64,000 nucleotides of DNA, taken from Anaeroplasmataceae bacterium. Its GTDB lineage: Bacteria; Bacillota_I; Bacilli_A; Acholeplasmatales; Anaeroplasmataceae. The notes under the pieces were generated by a model. That model was not told where the DNA came from and did not search any database. It was given only the letters and a program-made list of their open reading frames with translations. Below, one piece after another: positions 9,592 to 15,984 of this stretch (its first letter is position 1; every line of letters starts with the position of its first letter). The stretch spans positions 421 through 64,420 of the forward strand of contig JBJEFR010000113.1 of the NCBI GenBank assembly GCA_051874255.1, written 5' to 3'. Both the position numbers and the translations under genes were made by a program.

Positions 9592-11154
9592 TTAGCTTAC
9601 CTTCTTTAAATCATTAATAAAATCAATTGATACCTTAAATGCATTCTTACCAAATAGCTTATCAAGTAATGTAATTAATTGATCTAGCTCATTACGTAAG
9701 AATGATAGATTTAAGCTTTCAAATTTACGTAAAATCTTGTTACATAGCATATAATCTAAACCTTGAATTTCAGTCATTCCACACGCAATGTATACAGGAA
9801 CGAATAGTTTAATTTGCTTCATAATACGGTTACCAAACGCAATTTTGAATTTTTCTTGAATAAATTCATCTAGTTTAGCAAAATTTTCCATTACACGCGT
9901 AGATAATTGAATATCTCTTTGTGCTTGTTTAAATAATTCGTCTAAATATTCAAATGACATTTGAACATTTTCAGTATATGGTGCATCTACCAATTCAGCC
10001 TTATGGTTAATTACAATAGGTAGAGCACGGTCATAAACCTTATCTGTGATTGTAAATGTTGAGTCGTCCTTATTGGCTGTACCAACAAACCAAATATTTT
10101 GATTAATTAATAGCTTACCATTAATTAATAGCTTAGGATCTAATGGATCTGTACCTGGAACCAAGTCAATTAACCATTGAGTTGGATCTGGCATTTCCAT
10201 TACAGACAAGAACTCTGCAAAATAATACTCAATACGTGCTAAGTTCATCTCATCAAGTACTATAAAGTTAGGCTTATCACTATAACCTGCCATATATACA
10301 CTTCTTAAGAAGTCTGTCTCATTAAATCTCTTAGTAAACTCATTTAAATAACCTAAAAGCTCAGCACGGTCACGCCATGATGGTTGAACAGAAATAATAC
10401 TTGTAGGCTTATTAAAGAATTTTCCCATCGCATATGGAAGTGATGTTTTTCCTGTTCCTGAAATACCTTCAAGAATAAGAACCTTAGTTGCACCCATTCC
10501 ACCAAAGAATCTCGCAATTATTTCCTTTGAATAATATAGCTTTAATTGACTTGCAGCATATCCAATAAATCTATCAATTAATCCAGGTAAATCTAACATA
10601 TCATCACTTGACATAATAGTATATTCTGGATTTGACTTATAATATGTATCAACCTGATTAAGCTTAATAAATCTTCCTTGGAATATTTCTTCTTCCTCAT
10701 CATCCTCAGGCTTACCTTGTGGGTTAAATAAGTCATCAGGATTAATATCAGTATCTCCACCAGATATTTGACTTACACGAAGTGCTAATATCTTATTCTT
10801 TTCATCAACTAAATCAATTACCTTTTTATTTAGTAATTGTACTTGGTCAACTAATTCATCTTTTTCAATTTCTCTTCTTCTAAAACGGAAATATCTCTTA
10901 AATAATACAACAATTAAAGTAACTAATAAAACCACAAAGGCAATATTAATAAACAATACTATAATATATGCAACCCAATCAGACCAATTCCAATACTGAT
11001 TATGAATACTTGCGTCCTTTAAATCTGAAATATATCCTTTAATATCTGTGTAAAAGGCATTTTTAAATGCTCTTCCGATCGTTTTGAAGAATTTTCCAAT
11101 ATTTTTAAAAATAGTTTTTAAAAATTCAGTATAATACTTCGCAAATTCCTTCAT
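9592..11154 (-). CDS. Membrane-anchored AAA+ ATPase of the AAA_5 / McrB-like type
   Basis: 520 aa. N-terminal amphipathic segment, one TM (WVAYIIVLFINIAFVVLLVTLIVVLF) followed by KRYFRFRRRE, and a coiled coil. Walker A LEGISGTGKTS, Walker B FIVLDEMNLARIEYYFAEFLS, then VGTANKDDSTF and QPSWRDRAELLGY. Confidence 0.7.
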   Translation of the reverse strand: MKEFAKYYTEFLKTIFKNIGKFFKTIGRAFKNAFYTDIKGYISDLKDASIHNQYWNWSDWVAYIIVLFINIAFVVLLVTLIVVLFKRYFRFRRREIEKDELVDQVQLLNKKVIDLVDEKNKILALRVSQISGGDTDINPDDLFNPQGKPEDDEEEEIFQGRFIKLNQVDTYYKSNPEYTIMSSDDMLDLPGLIDRFIGYAASQLKLYYSKEIIARFFGGMGATKVLILEGISGTGKTSLPYAMGKFFNKPTSIISVQPSWRDRAELLGYLNEFTKRFNETDFLRSVYMAGYSDKPNFIVLDEMNLARIEYYFAEFLSVMEMPDPTQWLIDLVPGTDPLDPKLLINGKLLINQNIWFVGTANKDDSTFTITDKVYDRALPIVINHKAELVDAPYTENVQMSFEYLDELFKQAQRDIQLSTRVMENFAKLDEFIQEKFKIAFGNRIMKQIKLFVPVYIACGMTEIQGLDYMLCNKILRKFESLNLSFLRNELDQLITLLDKLFGKNAFKVSIDFINDLKKVS

Positions 11155-11182
11155 ACGCTCTCTCCTCTCCTATAGATAGCTT

Positions 11183-12163
11183 TTATTCAACAGTTGAATC
11201 ATTTGAAGAATTATCTTCTCCATTTTCCTTCATCTTTTCTTCTTCACTAATACTTTCTTCTTTTTTCTTTTGTTCTTCTAAAGCTTCTTTTCTTAATTGT
11301 TCAAGTAATTCTTGCTTCATCTTTTCCTTTTCAGCCTCTAGCTCAGCTCTCATCTTTTCTTTTTCTTCTGTTGCATTTGCTGAAATCTTTTGTGTCTTAA
11401 TTGACATAACATTGAATATTACCATTACAAGTTCAAAAATCAAGAATAAGATAGTAGGTATTATTATTACAATAATAAATCCCTTTTTAGGATTAGAAAC
11501 CCATTTAATAGTTTTTCCAAATCCGCTAAGCTTTCCAGTATATACAGCCTCTATATCAGACAATGATACATTTTGTGCGTATCCCTTATAAACTAAATTA
11601 GCTGCGCCTCCATTACTTGGATCTGCAGTATAAATTGTATAATCATATTGTGTACCTAAATAACAATCTCCTTGTGTTACATATCCGGTAACAGCACCAC
11701 TACTATTCTTTACAACCTCTACGATTCTATGGGTATTTAAAAATCCAGTAGCAGCTCCTGTTGGATTTGGTGATATAGTATCCCAGAATGTAATAATATC
11801 TCCAACCTGGAATTTTGTTTTATCCTTCTCTTTTACAACCTTAACAAGAATTAAATCATTTACCGTAAATGAATCCTTTCTTGCCACAGCCCTAGATTCA
11901 TCAACAATAGCCTCATCTGTTGAACCAGGACTCATTGATTGTGACAATACTACTTCATATCCACGACCAAATATAGACTTTACAGAACGAGCGTCACTAC
12001 CTTTAATTTGTGTTATAGAAAATATCAATAACAAGAAAATAAAAATATAAAATATAGTATTTAGAGTTATATTAACAATTTTAATAATTTTATCTTTCTT
12101 ACTTAAAGGAAGCTTATCATTTTCATCATTAACTTTTACTTCATCAATAGTATTATTTTCCAT
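11183..12163 (-). CDS. Second SipW-type signal peptidase I paralog with a long insertion and a C-terminal TM plus charged coiled-coil tail
   Basis: 326 aa with an N-terminal TM. Ser box LSQSMSP, His box NTHRIVEV, QGD box, a second TM (GFIIVIIIPTILFLIFELVMVIF), then EEKEKMRAELEAEKEKMKQELLEQLRKEALEEQKKKEE. Confidence 0.7.
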   Translation of the reverse strand: MENNTIDEVKVNDENDKLPLSKKDKIIKIVNITLNTIFYIFIFLLLIFSITQIKGSDARSVKSIFGRGYEVVLSQSMSPGSTDEAIVDESRAVARKDSFTVNDLILVKVVKEKDKTKFQVGDIITFWDTISPNPTGAATGFLNTHRIVEVVKNSSGAVTGYVTQGDCYLGTQYDYTIYTADPSNGGAANLVYKGYAQNVSLSDIEAVYTGKLSGFGKTIKWVSNPKKGFIIVIIIPTILFLIFELVMVIFNVMSIKTQKISANATEEKEKMRAELEAEKEKMKQELLEQLRKEALEEQKKKEESISEEEKMKENGEDNSSNDSTVE

Positions 12164-12263
12164 GACTTACCTCCTGAATACAAACACTTTATTATATTTT
12201 AACACAAATGAAAAAAAAATAAAACACCTTAAATATATATATATTTAAATATAATATCTATGA

Positions 12264-12292
12264 ATAAAAAAAGCCGATGCTAAAACATCGAC
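12264..12292 (-). terminator. Intrinsic terminator after the 334-aa TasA-like gene
   Basis: Minus strand reads GUCGAUG-uuuuag-CAUCGGC followed by UUUUUUUAUU. Confidence 0.8.
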
Positions 12293-12332
12293 TCTTTTAT
12301 TCATTTTTAGATTAATTTAAATAATTAACAAA

Positions 12333-13337
12333 TTAAGCTCTTTCAGTTGTGAATGATAAATTAATTGTTAATGTTTGACCCATAATTGCATCGAAGCAGT
12401 CAGCATCAAATCCTTCTAACCAGAATGTGAATCTTACACGGTAAACTAAGTTAGAGGTATTAGCAGATGTATAAATAGCGTTTGCCTCTGTACCAAATCC
12501 TGTAGTTAAAGTTGGCTCTGTTGGATATGAAACACCATTTAAAGCACCATCACTAACAGCTGATAAGTATGCATTTGCAGCATTAGTTTCACCTAATGTT
12601 TGTCCAAAATTATATGCTAGGTCATCTGCAGTATTTGAACCATTTCCAGCTTTTAATGTTACACCATTATCAAATCCAAATATGTTAAGAACTCTTTCTG
12701 AGGTACCCCATTCAACTGCGTTTTCAGGTTTTTGACCACCCTTACATAACTTTTGCATAGTATCGCGCTCTTCACTACCTTCATATACTTCAACAATTGA
12801 TCTTAATGCATTTACAGCATCAACCTTAACTGCAGTACCTCCGATAAATGAACCATCATCATAACTAAAGTCATTTAATATAACATATGATTTATCAGCA
12901 TAATCACTTTCTACGGTATTTCCAGTTGATGAGAAATAAACACTTTGAGAAGGTCCACTTGTACATACATATAAATCAAATTGTAAATACATTGATGATG
13001 CACCAGTACCTGCCTCAACTATTGCATTATTAGAGAATTTCTTAAATGCAGTAGGTGTTGCAACTGGAGTAGTTGCATAATCATATGTTAGTGGTTGTAG
13101 TTCTAATCCTGTAAGAGCTTGATTTGAACTATCTGTAAGGATTGTTACATCTGAACTAAATGTCTTTCCATCAGTTGATAGTAATACTCCGTTTGTTCCA
13201 CCTTGAACGTTAACCTTTAAATCAGCTGTTGCAGTAGCGTTCATTGTAAACCAAGCGTAAGTTGTAGTTCCTAATGCTACGACTGCAAATGCCATAGATA
13301 GGATACTCATCAATAATTTTCTTGAAATTTTTTTCAT
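12333..13337 (-). CDS. TasA/camelysin-like secreted protein with a SipW-dependent-type signal peptide
   Basis: 334 aa. Signal anchor ends in GTTTYAWFTMNA (compare GGTWAAFND in B. subtilis TasA). C-terminal motif FWLEGFDADCFD and terminal strand TLTINLSFTTE. Strong AAAGGAG RBS. Confidence 0.65.
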   Translation of the reverse strand: MKKISRKLLMSILSMAFAVVALGTTTYAWFTMNATATADLKVNVQGGTNGVLLSTDGKTFSSDVTILTDSSNQALTGLELQPLTYDYATTPVATPTAFKKFSNNAIVEAGTGASSMYLQFDLYVCTSGPSQSVYFSSTGNTVESDYADKSYVILNDFSYDDGSFIGGTAVKVDAVNALRSIVEVYEGSEERDTMQKLCKGGQKPENAVEWGTSERVLNIFGFDNGVTLKAGNGSNTADDLAYNFGQTLGETNAANAYLSAVSDGALNGVSYPTEPTLTTGFGTEANAIYTSANTSNLVYRVRFTFWLEGFDADCFDAIMGQTLTINLSFTTERA

Positions 13338-13426
13338 AATTATTTTCTCCTTTTTTCTTTATATTTATTTGTTTTTTGTTTCCCTTTTTTAAATTTTTGC
13401 AATCTTCAACCGATTACTTTAGACTA

Positions 13427-13455
13427 ATTATAACATATTTGGAAATTATATTCAA
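13427..13455 (-). promoter_or_regulatory. Sigma-A type promoter for the 334-aa TasA-like gene (leader has no riboswitch)
   Basis: Minus strand reads TTGAAT - 17 nt - TATAAT, about 90 nt upstream of the start. Confidence 0.65.
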
Positions 13456-13460
13456 TACAG

Positions 13461-14903
13461 TTATTCCCAAATTGTTACAAAAGTCCATTTTAAGTCTTCT
13501 GGATTATCTGAACGAGCCCATACCTCTTCATCAAAATTCCATGGGGTAATTTCACCATTAGCGTCTAGCTTACCCCAGCCTTTAAATTTGTGGATTCCAT
13601 TTATTGAATAGATGTCCTTGATTGGACTTTGTTCACTGATTTTTTGACCTTGTATTTGATGAACAACCTTTGTTCCTGAATTAATATACACACCTTGCTC
13701 TTCATCATATACCTTGAATCCTGAATTTACTACCTCTCCTGTTTCAGGATTTGTAATCATGTATGTAAGTTCAACCGGTTCCGTTTGAATTTCAAATGAA
13801 GTGAAAGCCATCTTCATTTGAATTGTTTGATTCCAAATTGAATCCATACAGTCAGCATCCCAACCTTCAATCCATAGGAATATATTCATCTTAGCTGTAC
13901 CATTTTGACCATAATTATTTTCTTTGTTTAGATCAAGAATAGTAGCTCCCTCAAGAGTATCAAAACCCTTATAGGTTTGTGGAATTGACGAATAAGATAT
14001 TTCATTTAATACCTGACCTGTTTCATATCCACGAACATTATTGTAGTATGAAAATCCTGCATTTTTATTAAAATCATATCTCGCACCTATTGGCCCAACA
14101 TAATAATCTTCTGTTAAATCGGTTGCATAAGATCCAACTCCTGTACCAATCTCATAGATTTTGTAATTATTGTCTCTTACACCATTGTTTGTGATGCAGG
14201 TTGAAAACCTTATTGCATCAGACGCAAGAGTTTTGAATTCAAAATCAGGTTGGTTATCTTCAGATTTATCATATCTGAATAGCTCTCCTGTTAGGGGATT
14301 ATATGTATCAAATGAACCTGCTAATCTATTAGGGAAACCAATAGAATCAGCATTTTTAACAGTCAATTCAGTCTTGGGAACATATTCTCCATTGTAGACT
14401 AATTCTCTACTTGAAAAATATACCCTTCTATCTGACGCATCATCAGCCATGAAATACAAATCTAAATTAATAAATTCAGTATCTCTAACTGTCTTAACCT
14501 GGTTAAATAAATTTTTGAAATTTTCTCCATCTGTTGAGGTAACAGGCTCAAGAGACATTTTTTGAGCAAATTCTTCTTCATAGTTATCTGCATCTAGGTA
14601 TTCTGTTGTACCTGATGCATTCTTAAATGTGTAGCATGGCTCTTTATCTATATAACCAATACCATATCCATTAGCCTTAGCCAATATAGCCACCTTTATT
14701 TCTTTAGCAGATAACTGGTTTTTATAGTTTTTACCATCAATAGATATTTTTACACCATTCGCAGAATTAACCTCTAATTCCATATCATCAAACCAAGCGT
14801 TTGTGTTAAGCTTAAACCACGCAAATGTAACAGTCCCCGCTACTACTATAAGTAGTAATAGTGAAAATAAACTAATATAAAGTTTTTTAGACAAATTGAT
14901 CAC
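13461..14903 (-). CDS. TasA-like secreted protein with a C-terminal Listeria-Bacteroides-repeat-like extension
   Basis: 480 aa with a GTG start. Signal anchor ends in GTVTFAWFKLNT. Motif LWIEGWDADCMD, then IQMKMAFTSFE. The C-terminal ~110 aa ends in HKFKGWGKLD...PWNFDEEV...TFVTIWE. Confidence 0.6.
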   Translation of the reverse strand: MINLSKKLYISLFSLLLLIVVAGTVTFAWFKLNTNAWFDDMELEVNSANGVKISIDGKNYKNQLSAKEIKVAILAKANGYGIGYIDKEPCYTFKNASGTTEYLDADNYEEEFAQKMSLEPVTSTDGENFKNLFNQVKTVRDTEFINLDLYFMADDASDRRVYFSSRELVYNGEYVPKTELTVKNADSIGFPNRLAGSFDTYNPLTGELFRYDKSEDNQPDFEFKTLASDAIRFSTCITNNGVRDNNYKIYEIGTGVGSYATDLTEDYYVGPIGARYDFNKNAGFSYYNNVRGYETGQVLNEISYSSIPQTYKGFDTLEGATILDLNKENNYGQNGTAKMNIFLWIEGWDADCMDSIWNQTIQMKMAFTSFEIQTEPVELTYMITNPETGEVVNSGFKVYDEEQGVYINSGTKVVHQIQGQKISEQSPIKDIYSINGIHKFKGWGKLDANGEITPWNFDEEVWARSDNPEDLKWTFVTIWE

Positions 14904-14930
14904 TTGTTATCAACCCCTTTATTAGTTATA

Positions 14931-15034
14931 TTAAAAATAAAAGTTGCCACCTTTATTTTTACAAGAATGACAACTGGCTATCCTTTTTGGACCCTGTAGC
15001 TTTGCGTCACTAGATTACTCTAGTTTTGCCAACT
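14931..15034 (-). promoter_or_regulatory. c-di-GMP-I (GEMM-I) riboswitch candidate with intrinsic terminator, in the leader of the 480-aa TasA-like gene
   Basis: Minus-strand RNA: AGUUGGCAAAACUAGA-GUAA-UCUAGUGACGCAAAGCUACAGGGUCCAAAAAGGAUAGCCAGUUG, then GUUGUCAUU...GGUGGCAAC-UUUUAUUUUU. It shows the GCAAA, GNRA-capped hairpin and ACGCAAAGC signature of GEMM-I. Confidence 0.78.
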
Positions 15035-15049
15035 ATTAACACATAATGT

Positions 15050-15077
15050 ATTTTACCACATTGCCAAATGTTGTCAA
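15050..15077 (-). promoter_or_regulatory. Sigma-A type promoter driving riboswitch copy 1
   Basis: Minus strand reads TTGACA - 16 nt - (TGg)TAAAAT, ending about 15 nt upstream of the aptamer. Confidence 0.65.
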
Positions 15078-15086
15078 TAAATAATT

Positions 15087-15827
15087 TTAGATTATCTTTT
15101 CATCGTATGCACTAAATGACATACCTATTTTGATAGAACCACCACTAATTGAGTTTTCTCCTTCATCAGTACAATCAAGATCTTCACCATCAAGCCACAT
15201 TATAATAGAATATTTTATAACATCACCTGGCTTAAAGGTTTTAATTGTTTCTGTAAAAATAGTCATATCAGTAAAAGTTTTCACTGTATGAAGCTTTTCA
15301 AAGGTATAATGAGTTTCGTTTGCTGGATCTTCATACTTTTTATATACTATTCCTTCAGTATCATCACCCTCGAAAACCCAAAATCTTACGGCACTATCAA
15401 CATTTCTAGTAACTGAAGTAATATTTAGTGTTGCATCAATATTACAAACCTCAGTTCCTTCATTCTTTAAATAAAATGTATATCCTATATAATCCCCAGC
15501 CTTAGATTCATATCTACCACCACCGCTATTAATTATTGGATATTTATTAACGCTTCCCATTTCTATAGGCTGAGCATTAGCTAAAAGATTTCCAGTTAAA
15601 ACCTGTCTTGCTCCATTAGGATCATCTATTTTTTCATATAAACTAATACCAATTCCACTTAAATCATCAGGAACGCTAATAGTAAATCCTCCTGTGCTCG
15701 TACCATAGAAGGTTACAACTCCAATGGTTGCTGAAAGTAAAAGGAAAATTATTAGTAATATTATTAAGATTTTCTTTTTTCTAAACAATGATACTGATTT
15801 ATCAGTAACTACATCTCTTTTACTCAT
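15087..15827 (-). CDS. TasA-like secreted protein (divergent signal-peptide junction)
   Basis: 246 aa with a signal anchor ILIILLIIFLLLSATIGVVTFYGTSTGGFT. FYLKNEGTEVCNI segment, motif MWLDGEDLDCTD, and terminal strand SIKIGMSFSAY. Confidence 0.55.
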   Translation of the reverse strand: MSKRDVVTDKSVSLFRKKKILIILLIIFLLLSATIGVVTFYGTSTGGFTISVPDDLSGIGISLYEKIDDPNGARQVLTGNLLANAQPIEMGSVNKYPIINSGGGRYESKAGDYIGYTFYLKNEGTEVCNIDATLNITSVTRNVDSAVRFWVFEGDDTEGIVYKKYEDPANETHYTFEKLHTVKTFTDMTIFTETIKTFKPGDVIKYSIIMWLDGEDLDCTDEGENSISGGSIKIGMSFSAYDEKII

Positions 15828-15842
15828 AACTTTCCTCCTTCT

Positions 15843-15948
15843 TTAAAAAATAAAAGTTGCCATATCCTTAATATGATACAGCAACTGGCTATCCTTTTGG
15901 GACCCTATAGCTTTGCGTCACTAGATTACTCTAGTTTTGCTTTAACCA
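15843..15948 (-). promoter_or_regulatory. c-di-GMP-I (GEMM-I) riboswitch candidate with intrinsic terminator, in the leader of the 246-aa TasA-like gene
   Basis: Minus-strand RNA: GCAAAACUAGA-GUAA-UCUAGUGACGCAAAGCUAUAGGGUCCCAAAAGGAUAGCCAGUUGC, then an 11-bp terminator stem GUUGCUGUAUC/GAUAUGGCAAC followed by UUUUAUUUUUU. The aptamer core is nearly identical to the copy at 14972-15034. Confidence 0.78.
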
Positions 15949-15949
15949 T

Positions 15950-15978
15950 ATTATAGAATAATTTATTTTGATAGTCAA
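15950..15978 (-). promoter_or_regulatory. Sigma-A type promoter driving riboswitch copy 2
   Basis: Minus strand reads TTGACT - 17 nt - TATAAT, immediately downstream of the stop of the GGDEF-EAL gene. Confidence 0.7.
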
Positions 15979-15984
15979 TTATAA

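Noticed and set aside
6836-11154. A classical McrBC type IV restriction system
   Set aside because: The ATPase is membrane-anchored. The partner lacks a recognisable PD-(D/E)xK nuclease and instead has a 440-aa charged tail. The pair is embedded in a SipW operon. A derived relationship is kept as a hypothesis only.
14931-15948. Two ~95-nt near-identical intergenic elements, first considered as a MITE, REP element or CRISPR-like repeat
   Set aside because: There are only two copies, each placed exactly between a promoter and a start codon. The sequence fits the GEMM-I riboswitch signature, so they were reinterpreted as riboswitches.
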